Origin: a virus
Reading direction: 5' to 3' (one strand)
IMG/VR virus record: IMGVR_UViG_3300027985_000286
Coordinates: 64,001-128,000 of that record
DNA: 64,000 bases
Positions 9,692 through 19,571 of this stretch are shown here, piece by piece (the first letter of the stretch is position 1; every line of letters begins with the position of its first letter). The notes under the pieces are model-generated. The model did not search any database. It was not told where the DNA came from and worked only from the letters and a program-made list of their open reading frames with translations. The position numbers and the translations under genes are program-made.

Positions 9692-9961
9692 ATGGCTGCA
9701 CCAGTTCGTAAAGTAAAAGAAAACAACACAACTGTCAGACTTCCTGACGGTACCACGTATAACAGAGCAACCAACGCGGCTGCGGTTACTGCTGCGATTG
9801 CAACCACTGCAACGGTTGATGCGACACTCAATACTGGTGGAACTACTGCAGAGAGACCAGTTGCTCCGGTGACCTATCAGAGCTTCTTCGACACCACTCT
9901 GGGTAAGCCAGTTTGGTACGATGGCGCAGGATGGGTTGACGCAACTGGTACGACTGCGTAA
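9692..9961 (+). CDS. Small virion fibre/structural protein
   Basis: GTTAERP...YQSFFDTTLGKPVWYDGAGWVDATG, a motif common in phage fibres; late promoter at 9660. Confidence 0.7.
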   Translation: MAAPVRKVKENNTTVRLPDGTTYNRATNAAAVTAAIATTATVDATLNTGGTTAERPVAPVTYQSFFDTTLGKPVWYDGAGWVDATGTTA

Positions 9962-9984
9962 GCAGTACGCGCCTAAAGTTGTAG

Positions 9985-10011
9985 GAAAGGGGCTAAGGCC
10001 CCTTTCTTTTT
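9985..10011 (+). terminator. Rho-independent terminator
   Basis: GAAAGGGGC-TAAG-GCCCCTTTC followed by TTTTT. Confidence 0.88.
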
Positions 10012-10048
10012 GTTAAATACATGAAACCGTACCAACTGAGAGATTATT

Positions 10049-11380
10049 ATGGCCTCTATCATTACCACCCAGATTAGAAACTTCAACATTCAGCAAAACA
10101 AGGAAGCTTTTTCTGAAGTAGGCGCAGATAGGTTGTACCTCTTTGTTGGCAGAACTACTGCTTGGGCAGACGAACAGGTGCCGACTGTTCCTGTTGATTC
10201 AACCTGGACGTTCTTGGATGCTTACCGAAATATGGTGGGTCTCAAGTTGATTAACGCTTCAGATATCATCACCGTATGCAGACGGTTTGACTGGGAAGTG
10301 AATACAATCTACGACCAGTTTGATGATCTGGTTAACATGACCAACGGTTTCTCAATTGATGATACTAGCTTCCCGGTATTCTACGTTCTTACCGATGAGC
10401 TCAACGTCTACAAGTGCATCGATAACAACGGTAATTCTCTTTCAACAGTCAAGCCAACAGGTAACTCAGTGTCTTCCTTTGAGACTGCGGACGGCTATGT
10501 TTGGAAGTATATGTTTTCTCTAAAGACCACTGACGTATTCAACTTCCTTACCACAGATTGGATGCCTGTTGTGACTCTAAATGTCACAGACGGATCGACC
10601 CAATGGACCATCCAACAGAACGCGGTTCCTGGTGCTATTGAATCTATTGTCATTGAACAGGCAGGGCTAGGGTATGATGACGTACTCCTCCCTATCCTCA
10701 CAATCACAGGTGACGGTACTGGTGCGGAAGCCGCGGCTGAGGTAGATCCAGTTACTGGAGCGATCACAAAGATCAGAATGACTAACGTTGGTAGCGGATA
10801 CACGTATGCAGATGTGGCAATTGACGCCAACGGATCTGCCGGGGCTGGCGGTGTTGCGCGTGCAATTATGAGCCCTTCAGGAGGTCATGGTGCTGACCCA
10901 ATCGAAGAACTGGGTGGGTACTACATCATGGTTGCTACCAAGCTCGAAGGAGATGAAGGCGGTAAGATCCCTGAGACAATCGAGTTCCGACAGCTAGGTC
11001 TAGTAGCTAACCCTCTGTCTACCACCTTAGGGAAAAGAATTGGCTTTAGTGGTCTTGCAGGGTGTTTTGATATCGGAGACACAGTCACCGGTAGTGGTTC
11101 TGGTGCCACAGGAACTATCGTTAGTGTCAACTTGTCTGACGGATACATGGATGTCAACGTGACAGCAGGGTCATTCCTTGTTGGCGAAACGGTCACGTCC
11201 GGCGTATCTTCTGCTACCGTAGATTATGCGGTTGACACCTACCTGCCGCTGAGTGCGCTCACTGCTGCACTAGCTGACATTATCTCTGGGTCAGGAAAGA
11301 TGCTGTACCTTGAAAACAGAGTAAAGATTACCAGAAACGTAGGTCAGAATGAGCTAATTAAGTTTGTGATTGAAGGGTAA
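10049..11380 (+). CDS. gp8: Baseplate wedge protein gp8
   Basis: LYLFVGR..AW.DE..P, FYVLTDELNVYKCIDN, DGYVWKYMF, GGHGADP.EELGG, FRQLGL..NP, SG.MLYLENR. Confidence 0.92.
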   Translation: MASIITTQIRNFNIQQNKEAFSEVGADRLYLFVGRTTAWADEQVPTVPVDSTWTFLDAYRNMVGLKLINASDIITVCRRFDWEVNTIYDQFDDLVNMTNGFSIDDTSFPVFYVLTDELNVYKCIDNNGNSLSTVKPTGNSVSSFETADGYVWKYMFSLKTTDVFNFLTTDWMPVVTLNVTDGSTQWTIQQNAVPGAIESIVIEQAGLGYDDVLLPILTITGDGTGAEAAAEVDPVTGAITKIRMTNVGSGYTYADVAIDANGSAGAGGVARAIMSPSGGHGADPIEELGGYYIMVATKLEGDEGGKIPETIEFRQLGLVANPLSTTLGKRIGFSGLAGCFDIGDTVTGSGSGATGTIVSVNLSDGYMDVNVTAGSFLVGETVTSGVSSATVDYAVDTYLPLSALTAALADIISGSGKMLYLENRVKITRNVGQNELIKFVIEG

Positions 11381-11429
11381 CGCATTAAATACAAGCAGAT
11401 AACAACCAATGCTCTGATACGGAGTTAAC

Positions 11430-14400
11430 ATGGCGATCAATGAAAGCACTTCCCCTTATCATAATGACTATGATGAGGACAAGCAGTTTCTAAAAATCCT
11501 GTTCAAGCCTTCTGTAGCTGTTCAGGTTAGGGAAATGAACCAGCTACAGACTTTCCTGCAGAAGCAGGTCTCTAGACTGGGTGATCACTTCTTCGTTGAA
11601 GGCTCGATGGTGATTCCTGGTGAGGTCAACTACGATCTGGCCTTTGCATACGCAAAGCTCACCCTTGTTGATCCTTACGAAGATGTCGCTGCAGCTATTC
11701 TTAACGCAGGTGTTACGGTTGAAGGCACTGGTGGTCTTACTGCCGACGTCCTAGATTTCGTCAACGCTTCGGGCGCAGACCCTATCACGGTTTACTTGAA
11801 GTACAATGGTTCTGGCACTACAGGTGAGGTCTCTGCGTTTACTACTGCATCTACGATTACGTTCAAGGATTCTCTGGGCAACACCATCACCACAGCGACT
11901 GTTGATGAGACTGGTTTTGGTTCAAAAGTCAGTGTCAATCGGGGCATCTACTACATCAACGGGCAGTTTGTTCTAGTTACCGACCAGAATGTGATTGTTG
12001 AGAAGTACAGCCCAACGCCTACCAAGAAGGTGGGCCTGGTGTTTTCTGAGTCTGTTGTGACTGCGTTTGACGACGATTCTCTTCTTGACAATGCTCTGGG
12101 TACACCTAACTACACTGCACCCGGCGCCGACCGTTCTAAGATGACGGTAACCCTCACATCGTTGGATGTTGCGGACACTACATCTAATTTTGTTGAGCTT
12201 ATTAGGTTTGATGCTGGTAATGTGGAGAACCTTGTCGATAAGACTCAATACTCCATCCTTGCTGATACTCTTGCTCGAAGAACGTTTGACCAGTCTGGTG
12301 ATTTTACGGTTAACCCGTTCAACATTGTGCTCGCTGATCATCCCACAGATACCACTAAAATTCGAGTCGGTTTGGAGCCAGGAAAGGCGTACGTCAAAGG
12401 TTATGAGATTGGTACAACTGCAACACAGTATGTCAACGTCAATAAGGCTAGAGACACTGAATTGTTCAACAATTCTGTGACAATTGCTGAATTCGGAAAT
12501 TATGTTCTTGTTGAATCAGCGTACGGTTTGCCAGACGTTGCTACTTGTGACGAGATTGAGTTCTACACTGGTGCTGTAACTGTACCAGGATCAATGCCTA
12601 GTGGTACAAAGATTGCCACTGCCTACGTTCGTCATATCGAACAGATTAGCGCAACACAGTGGAAGATTTACGTTTTTGGTATTACAGGATCAATCGCTAC
12701 AGCGGTTTCTGTGTATGTCCCTGATACCTACGTTCCGTTTACAGGAACTCTGGTGCCGGATGTCTCTGGAAATAACCTCTACAGCTCAACTAACGGTTCG
12801 TACATTTTCCAGTCCCCACACACTAATGTCAAGACTCTTCTGGACGGGTTCGGAGCAACAGATACCAACTTTGTGGTAATGCGCAAGTATGACGTTACCG
12901 CAGATAGCTCAGCCAACGTCATTTTGACTGCAGGTACAGACGAGCTGTTCAGCGAATACTCTATTACGAATTACGTTCTCACTACAGTTGCGGGCGAGAT
13001 TGTTGATCTTACCGGTAAGGTGACTCGCGGTGGATCTCCTACAGGTACGCAGGTTACCATTGCTCTCGGTGCAGGGTACGAGAGCGTTAACGTGCGTGTG
13101 ATTGCTGCCGTTATTAGACAGGTTGCTCTTCAAAAGTCTAAGACTGTCCAGACTCAGGTCATCCCTGGTTCAGCTCTTGCTGCAGGTTTCCTATCTCTGG
13201 GTAAAGCAGACATCATTTCTCTTACTTCGGTGATTGATGACTCGACTTCCCAGGATATTACCAGCTCTTTCACTCTAGACAACGGACAGAGACGGTCCTA
13301 CTATGACCTAGGCTCAATCCAGCTCAAGGCAGGATATCCAACTCCCGCTTCAACAGTTACTGTGACGTTTGATTACTTCCAGCACAGCCCCGGTGATTAC
13401 TTCAGCGTGGACTCGTACTCAGTTATTGACTACGCTGATATTCCTACGTTCGTTGATGGTACCACCACATACAAGCTAACGGACTGCTTCGACTTCAGAC
13501 CTCGTATCAATGATGCTGGGACTGGTTTCAGTGGAACTGGTTCTTCCGTGGGTAACACAGTAAAGCCTGCAGGGTACATCACTGCAGACATTACCACCTA
13601 CTTGCCAAGAAAGGACAAGGTGTACCTAGACTACCGTGGTAACTTTGGTGTTGTTGAGGGTACTTCAGACCTTGATCCTAAAGAGCCACAAGACCCGAAC
13701 GATTCGATGGTTTTGTATAAGCTCTACGTCAACCCGTATACGGTTGACTCAAAAGACCTGGTTGTCACCTATGTCGAGAATAAGCGATACACCATGAGGG
13801 ACATTGGTAAGATTGAAAAGAGAGTAGATAACCTCGAATACTACACCGCGCTAAATGAGCTCGAAAAGAAAACTGTAGACCAGCAGGTGATTGACCCTGT
13901 TACCGGGAACGATAGGTATAAGAACGGGTTCTTTGCTGATCCGTTTGTTGACCATGCGATTGGTGACTTTGGGTCTTCAGAGGTACGGTGCTCTGTTGAT
14001 GAAGCCAACAGTATCCTGAGAGCTGAGTTTGATGCACAAGGTATCGACCTTGCGTTTGATGCTGCAGCTTCTACCAACGTTGAACAGCACGGCGACCTTA
14101 TCACTCTTCCGTTTGTTGACAGCGTGCTCATTAGTCAGCCACTGGCAACCCATTCCGTCAACGTGAACCCATACGACATCTTTGCGTGGATTGGGCGACT
14201 TGGCTTGACGCCTTCTTCGGACTATTGGGTTGACACTAGATACAAGGACCCGGATGTTACGTACTCTGAGAACGGTAAAAAGACAACTAACACGTGGTTG
14301 AGTTGGGCAACCGGATGGTCAGGGGCTCAGGTTGTTGATGTGAACGATACTGCTGCGTCTCGTTCAATCAACCTGTTCGGTAGAACGATTACTCTTTCTA

Positions 14401-16316
14401 ACGGTGTAAAGAGAACCACTACTACTGTTACCAACACAATCGTTGATGACAAGCTTGTGAGTAAGGATACTGTTCCTTGGATTCGTCCGAAGACCATCAA
14501 GTTTACTGCGCTCAAGCTCAAGCCATCTACTAGGGTATACCCGTTCTTTGATGGTGTTAACGTTTCAGCGTACTGCCGGCCTCTTGCAGGTGTTGCGGGC
14601 GCAGCACTCATCACCAATGCTGCTGGTAAGGTAGAAGGGTACTTTGATATTCCCGACAGCACCTTCAGAACAGGTACCAAAGAGTTCAAGCTCGTTGATG
14701 ACTCTGCGGGCGTTGATGCAGTGTCTCTGACGACTGCCAGAGACAATTACACAGCAAAGGGTATTCTGCAGACAAGACAGAAGACAATCGTTTCTACCAA
14801 AGAAACAACGTCTCAGGTTGTTTACGTTGATCCGTTGGCGCAGTCTTTTATGGTTGACTTGAACGGTGGAGCGTTCATTACCAAGCTTAGTCTCTATTTT
14901 GAGACCAAAGATGATAATATCCCGGTAAGCGTCGAAATCCGAGAGATGGAGAACGGTCAGCCAACCCCCAACGTTGTTCCTTACTCTTCTGTGGTTGTTG
15001 ATGCTGCTAGTGTGAACGTTTCAACCGACGCCTCATTAGCTACAGATTTTGTTTTCGACACACCGGTATACCTGCAGCAGGGCGTCGAGTATTGCTTTGT
15101 GGTTATGGCGGATAGCACTGCGTACAACCTATGGGTTAGCCAGATGGGTGAGCAGGACACTGTGACCGGAAAATGGGTCACCAAGCAGCCCTATATTGGT
15201 GTTATGTTCAAGTCTCAGAACAGCTCAACCTGGACTGAATCACAGCTAGAGGATATCAAGTTCCAGCTTTACAGGGCTAGCTTTACTCAGAGTTCAGGCA
15301 CAGTTAGTCTGAAGAACACTGACGTGGAAATGCTTCCTCTTCCTGGCCAGCCATTCTTGGCAACTAGCGGTTCATCTGTGCTACAGGTTAATCACCCGTA
15401 CCACGGTAAGATGATTGGTTCTTTGGTGACATACTCTGGTGCTACAGGTTCGGCTGGTATTGCTGATACAGACCTCAATAAGACGCATACGGTTGCGAGT
15501 ATTATTGACTCCGACACGTACACGATTGATGTGGGCGTGCTTGCAACCAGCGATACCTTAATGGGTGGTAATCCGCTGGCTAGCAGCAACATCCAGTTCA
15601 ACACGCTGCGTCCTTTAGTCAGAGAATTGATACTCTCTGGTACTAATACGTCTTGGTCAATGAGCGCGACTACAGGAAAGAGCGCAAGCGGATCAGAGAC
15701 CCCGTATGCGGCATTTGATTTGAGCGTCATCAATACGCAGGACCTGTCAGTGAAAGCTCCTCTCATTGTTCTGGAAGCCGCTGAAGAAACCTCTGCACTT
15801 GCAGGCAACAGAAGCTTTGAATTGGTGGGAACACTTACTACAGACAGCACCAACCTAAGCCCTGTGATTGACGTAAACCGTCTAGGTGCCATTGCAATAC
15901 GGAATAGAATCAACTCTCCTGCAGTTTTGGATGAGACTCCTGCGGTTGTTGATGACATTCCTGTGGCAAACAGAGCAACATGCAGATATATCAATAAGGC
16001 TGTGAGCTTGGACGACCCTGCCACTCTCCTTAAAGTCTGGTTCGATGTGCAGAAGCCTTCTGAGTCTGACGTGAAGGTGTTCTACAGGGTTGTTGCAGCA
16101 GATAGTGGTGACGACATCTCGAGTGTGAACTGGACTGAGATGGACGTTGTGAAGTACGCAACACCTAGTGGCTCTACATCGTACTTTGAGGAAGAGCACG
16201 ACAAGGACTTGAGTGCCACGCCGTTTACAGAGTTTCAGTTGAAGCTTGTTCTTATCAGTACGGTGGAGGGTGCAGTACCTCAGATCAAATCGCTTAGAGC
16301 AGTGGCTCTGAGCTAG
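11430..16316 (+). CDS. Large virion structural protein, VrlC/DUF4815-like
   Basis: PY.NDYDEDK.F.KILFKP..AVQ.RE.NQLQT, APGADR, LARRTFD.SGDF.V, RYTMRDIGKIEKRVDNLEYYT.L, DPLAQSF, SQN.STWT.SQ.EDIKF. Confidence 0.85.
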   Translation: MAINESTSPYHNDYDEDKQFLKILFKPSVAVQVREMNQLQTFLQKQVSRLGDHFFVEGSMVIPGEVNYDLAFAYAKLTLVDPYEDVAAAILNAGVTVEGTGGLTADVLDFVNASGADPITVYLKYNGSGTTGEVSAFTTASTITFKDSLGNTITTATVDETGFGSKVSVNRGIYYINGQFVLVTDQNVIVEKYSPTPTKKVGLVFSESVVTAFDDDSLLDNALGTPNYTAPGADRSKMTVTLTSLDVADTTSNFVELIRFDAGNVENLVDKTQYSILADTLARRTFDQSGDFTVNPFNIVLADHPTDTTKIRVGLEPGKAYVKGYEIGTTATQYVNVNKARDTELFNNSVTIAEFGNYVLVESAYGLPDVATCDEIEFYTGAVTVPGSMPSGTKIATAYVRHIEQISATQWKIYVFGITGSIATAVSVYVPDTYVPFTGTLVPDVSGNNLYSSTNGSYIFQSPHTNVKTLLDGFGATDTNFVVMRKYDVTADSSANVILTAGTDELFSEYSITNYVLTTVAGEIVDLTGKVTRGGSPTGTQVTIALGAGYESVNVRVIAAVIRQVALQKSKTVQTQVIPGSALAAGFLSLGKADIISLTSVIDDSTSQDITSSFTLDNGQRRSYYDLGSIQLKAGYPTPASTVTVTFDYFQHSPGDYFSVDSYSVIDYADIPTFVDGTTTYKLTDCFDFRPRINDAGTGFSGTGSSVGNTVKPAGYITADITTYLPRKDKVYLDYRGNFGVVEGTSDLDPKEPQDPNDSMVLYKLYVNPYTVDSKDLVVTYVENKRYTMRDIGKIEKRVDNLEYYTALNELEKKTVDQQVIDPVTGNDRYKNGFFADPFVDHAIGDFGSSEVRCSVDEANSILRAEFDAQGIDLAFDAAASTNVEQHGDLITLPFVDSVLISQPLATHSVNVNPYDIFAWIGRLGLTPSSDYWVDTRYKDPDVTYSENGKKTTNTWLSWATGWSGAQVVDVNDTAASRSINLFGRTITLSNGVKRTTTTVTNTIVDDKLVSKDTVPWIRPKTIKFTALKLKPSTRVYPFFDGVNVSAYCRPLAGVAGAALITNAAGKVEGYFDIPDSTFRTGTKEFKLVDDSAGVDAVSLTTARDNYTAKGILQTRQKTIVSTKETTSQVVYVDPLAQSFMVDLNGGAFITKLSLYFETKDDNIPVSVEIREMENGQPTPNVVPYSSVVVDAASVNVSTDASLATDFVFDTPVYLQQGVEYCFVVMADSTAYNLWVSQMGEQDTVTGKWVTKQPYIGVMFKSQNSSTWTESQLEDIKFQLYRASFTQSSGTVSLKNTDVEMLPLPGQPFLATSGSSVLQVNHPYHGKMIGSLVTYSGATGSAGIADTDLNKTHTVASIIDSDTYTIDVGVLATSDTLMGGNPLASSNIQFNTLRPLVRELILSGTNTSWSMSATTGKSASGSETPYAAFDLSVINTQDLSVKAPLIVLEAAEETSALAGNRSFELVGTLTTDSTNLSPVIDVNRLGAIAIRNRINSPAVLDETPAVVDDIPVANRATCRYINKAVSLDDPATLLKVWFDVQKPSESDVKVFYRVVAADSGDDISSVNWTEMDVVKYATPSGSTSYFEEEHDKDLSATPFTEFQLKLVLISTVEGAVPQIKSLRAVALS

Positions 16317-16326
16317 GACGGAGAAA

Positions 16327-16584
16327 ATGGCTGAAAGATCATTGCTTCCTGTCAAAGGGTCAACAAGCCTGTTTAGAGACCCAATATCAGGTGCGGTAAT
16401 CAACAAGAACGTCAACGAGTACAGAAAGACGATTGAAACTAGGAAAAGGGCGGTTGAGCTAAACAACACAATCAAAGACCTTACTGAGTCTGTTCGTCGA
16501 TTAGAGTCTACTGTACGGGTTATGTGTGACAGGTTAGACGCCCTAGAGCACTCAGAGTGTATGCAGATAGCCTCTATGGACTAG
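16327..16584 (+). CDS. Conserved small protein of T4-like phages (coiled-coil C-terminus)
   Basis: VKG..SL.RD..SGAVIN.N..EY motif, usually seen between VrlC and gp13. Confidence 0.7.
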   Translation: MAERSLLPVKGSTSLFRDPISGAVINKNVNEYRKTIETRKRAVELNNTIKDLTESVRRLESTVRVMCDRLDALEHSECMQIASMD

Positions 16585-16600
16585 CTGTATAGCTTAAGTA

Positions 16601-16632
16601 AGAAGTCGTGGCAGAACGTGTCTAGCGCAGTC
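16601..16632. repeat. Intergenic motif AGAAGTCGTGGCAGAACG-N8-GCAGTC, copy 1 (copy 2 at 39569-39600)
   Basis: 18-nt identity plus a 6-nt block at identical spacing. Confidence 0.75.
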
Positions 16633-16646
16633 CTAAAGGGGGTTTC

Positions 16647-17390
16647 GTGGCAAGCATAGCAACTAGAGAAGAGTTCACAGCCTACTGCCTGCGTCGGTTG
16701 GGTTCTCCTGTTATTAACATTGAGGTGGATACCACTCAGGTAGATGATCGCATTGATGATGCGATCGACTACTGGTGCAGAAACCATATGGATGGCTCTG
16801 AGAGAACCTACTTCATCCATACCATTACACAAGCAGACATTGACACCAGGCTGATCACTATACCTGAGGAAATCTTTGAAGTAAGGTCTGTGATCCCGTG
16901 GTCAACATCTAATAGCCATGACATGTTCAGCGTTAGATACCAGGTTAGGTTACAAGACTTTGCGTACTTCCGTCCAATTGATTCGCTGTCCTACTTTATT
17001 AGAGCGTCTTACTGGGATTACATCAACGAGCTTTTGAGTGAAGGTACGTCGATTGAGTTCAACTGGCATAAAGGTAAGGTTAGGCTAGATATTGACGCTG
17101 CCAACCTGTTTGTTGCAGATGGCAGCGTTTTGGTTCTTGACGTACAAAAGATGATTCTTCCTGCAGATAACCCTCATGCTTGGAATGATGAGATCCTAAA
17201 ACGCTACGCAACAGCATTAATCAAAAGACAATGGGGTGAAAACCTCAAGAAGTACTCACAGGTAATGCTCCCAGGCAATGTGACTACCAATGGAGTTGAG
17301 CTTTTCCAAGAAGCAGAGGCAGAAATTGCTAAGATTGAAGATGAGATGAGGGAGCGGTACTCATATCAGCCAATGTTTTTCATGGGGTAA
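16647..17390 (+). CDS. gp13: Neck protein gp13
   Basis: YCLRRLGSPVINIEVD..QVDDRIDDA, KRYATALIKRQWGENLKKY. Confidence 0.95.
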   Translation: MASIATREEFTAYCLRRLGSPVINIEVDTTQVDDRIDDAIDYWCRNHMDGSERTYFIHTITQADIDTRLITIPEEIFEVRSVIPWSTSNSHDMFSVRYQVRLQDFAYFRPIDSLSYFIRASYWDYINELLSEGTSIEFNWHKGKVRLDIDAANLFVADGSVLVLDVQKMILPADNPHAWNDEILKRYATALIKRQWGENLKKYSQVMLPGNVTTNGVELFQEAEAEIAKIEDEMRERYSYQPMFFMG

Positions 17391-17391
17391 T

Positions 17392-17697
17392 ATGGAAACG
17401 TTCATCGGCACAATCACATCGCCATTCTTCATGCTGATATACGGCCTACTGACTCATTTCTTAAAGGATCTGGTCAGGCTACAGTCAGAGGGTCAGAAGA
17501 AGCTGTACCTTATTCCGTACTGGATTAAGTTCCCGCATCAGTCCCTAATTGCCTTAGTGGGTGCAGTTGCAGGGTACTCTGCTCTGATTGAAACAAACCA
17601 GCTATCGGGGCTAACTGCTTTTGGCGTGGGTTACATGGCAAACTCGATTGCTGATACCTTGGGGAAGAGAACGGTGGATAGGTTCAATGACAGTTAA
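17392..17697 (+). CDS. Small multi-transmembrane protein, holin-like
   Basis: Three hydrophobic segments and a charged C-terminal tail. Confidence 0.45.
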   Translation: METFIGTITSPFFMLIYGLLTHFLKDLVRLQSEGQKKLYLIPYWIKFPHQSLIALVGAVAGYSALIETNQLSGLTAFGVGYMANSIADTLGKRTVDRFNDS

Positions 17698-18331
17698 CTC
17701 CTACTTCAACTTCTATACCCCTACCAACGAGCAGGACTTGCAGGACTCCCTTGTGATCGAAGCCATCCAAATTCGAGGCTTTGATGCACAGTACATTCCG
17801 CGAGATTCTGTGAACACTGACTATCTTACCGGCGATAGTCCTGGCGAGTTCTATGATGTTGCGTTTCCTGTTGAAATGTACCTAGAGTCTGTTGATAGTT
17901 TTGGTGGTGATACAATGATGATGTCGAAGTTTGGTCTGCATATCGAAGACACCGCAACCTTGGTGGTTTCCAAGACTAGGTTTAAGGTAGAGGGTGCGAA
18001 GCTGACTCCTGCTATCGAGTATCCTAAGATCGGAGACCTACTCTACCTTCCTTTCTCAAAGTCGATTGTAGAGATTGAACACGTACCAACAGAAGAGCCG
18101 TTTTACCAGCTTGGACGGAACTATGTCTACAAGCTCAAGGTAAGAGCGTTTACGTTTACGCACCAAGATTTTGCTACTGGTATTGCTGACGTTGACACGT
18201 TTGCCACAGGGGTTGACCTAGACGGTGATCTTCTCCTGGCAAATGATACGTTCGGTGACAATATCGAAGCTGACACAGAGGTCGAGGCTGGAATCATAGA
18301 CCTCTCGAAAGACAACCCGTTTGTGAGGTAA
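17687..18331 (+). CDS. gp14: Neck protein gp14
   Basis: NSYF, EQDLQDSLVIEAIQIRG..YIPR, SKFGL.I.D, P.IGDLLY.P, PFYQLG; ATG at 17687. Confidence 0.95.
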   Translation: MTVNSYFNFYTPTNEQDLQDSLVIEAIQIRGFDAQYIPRDSVNTDYLTGDSPGEFYDVAFPVEMYLESVDSFGGDTMMMSKFGLHIEDTATLVVSKTRFKVEGAKLTPAIEYPKIGDLLYLPFSKSIVEIEHVPTEEPFYQLGRNYVYKLKVRAFTFTHQDFATGIADVDTFATGVDLDGDLLLANDTFGDNIEADTEVEAGIIDLSKDNPFVR

Positions 18332-18333
18332 TA

Positions 18334-19047
18334 ATGAGCGGTTTGGGTGACACGTACTTTTATCACAAGACGACAAGAAAGGCGTTGGCTCTTTTCGAGT
18401 ACCTGTTCTCCAACATCTTTGTTCAACACGACCAGGGTGGTGGAACTGTCAAGACTATGAAGGTGCCTATCGCCTTTGGGTCTCCTCATAGGGATCACCC
18501 CGCCTACGTGAGCGATCCTAGCTACAAGCCCAAGGAAGGTGTGCGCGTGCGCACCATTCTTCCTCGGATGGGCTTTACTCTAGAGTCCTGGACTTTCGAC
18601 TCTGCAAGAAAGTTGAATACTGCAGAGCTGTTGCACCACACCACTACCGGAGTTAATAAAGGCCAGTACCAGAAGGTACCGTTCGACTTGGTTATTAGCT
18701 TGGGTATCCTCACTGATACGCTAGACGATTTGTTTCAGATTGTTGAGCAGATACTACCTTGGTTTGACCCCAAGCTAACAGTATCTACGTTGATGAATAG
18801 TGACCTTACAATCAACGACGACATCCACATCTTCTTAAATAGCTCTGACCCGTCAATTACGTTCGAGGGTTCCTTCGAGGATGCCAAGGTAATAGAGGCA
18901 ACACTGTCATTCACCATTAAAACGTTCATGTACCGTAGAACAATTGATGTTAAGCCTATCCTGAAGGTTGACATTGATCTGATCTCTGAAGACTGGTACG
19001 GCATTGAGGTCGACAACCACGGTCATGTAACGGAGATTGCACCGTGA
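18334..19047 (+). CDS. gp15: Tail sheath stabiliser/terminator gp15
   Basis: YFYH.T.RK, KVPIAFG, LPRMGF, D..RKLN, QIVEQILP.F.P. Confidence 0.93.
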   Translation: MSGLGDTYFYHKTTRKALALFEYLFSNIFVQHDQGGGTVKTMKVPIAFGSPHRDHPAYVSDPSYKPKEGVRVRTILPRMGFTLESWTFDSARKLNTAELLHHTTTGVNKGQYQKVPFDLVISLGILTDTLDDLFQIVEQILPWFDPKLTVSTLMNSDLTINDDIHIFLNSSDPSITFEGSFEDAKVIEATLSFTIKTFMYRRTIDVKPILKVDIDLISEDWYGIEVDNHGHVTEIAP

Positions 19048-19571
19048 GTAATATTGGAAAAAGACTTGATGACATACTAGCTGGTTTCAATACCCAGATG
19101 ACAACTGATTCAAACCCTGCTGACGAGGAATTCCAGCGCCCGTCAAGTTTTCCAGAAAGGGTAGATATTACCAAGGTTCACTCAGACATTAAAGATACTA
19201 TTGGCTCTGACCTTGGAGATGACTTCGAGCACGCAAGAAACGTCTTAAGGCACCTCTTGGATAGAGGGGTTCTTACTCTTGAAGGTGCCATCAATATAGC
19301 CAAGGATACAGAAAATGCCAGAGCAGTAGAGGTTGTTAGTCTGCTAATGAGCACGATTAGCGATGTTACTACCAAACTTATGAAGCTACACGATGCGTCT
19401 CAGGTTAAAAACCTAAACAAGCCCAACGAAAACCTAGAAGGGGCTTCACCTGGTATCTACGTTCTAGGTAAAGGCAAAGATGCAAAGCAAATCCTTAACC
19501 ATATGCTAGGTAAGGCACTTAACGGCGAAGTCATTGAAGGCGAGATAGTAAAGGATGAGAAACGGACCTAA
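19044..19571 (+). CDS. gp16: Terminase small subunit gp16
   Basis: DDFE.AR..L..L..RG...LE....A..TE.ARA.EV; position between gp15 and gp17. Confidence 0.85.
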   Translation: MSNIGKRLDDILAGFNTQMTTDSNPADEEFQRPSSFPERVDITKVHSDIKDTIGSDLGDDFEHARNVLRHLLDRGVLTLEGAINIAKDTENARAVEVVSLLMSTISDVTTKLMKLHDASQVKNLNKPNENLEGASPGIYVLGKGKDAKQILNHMLGKALNGEVIEGEIVKDEKRT

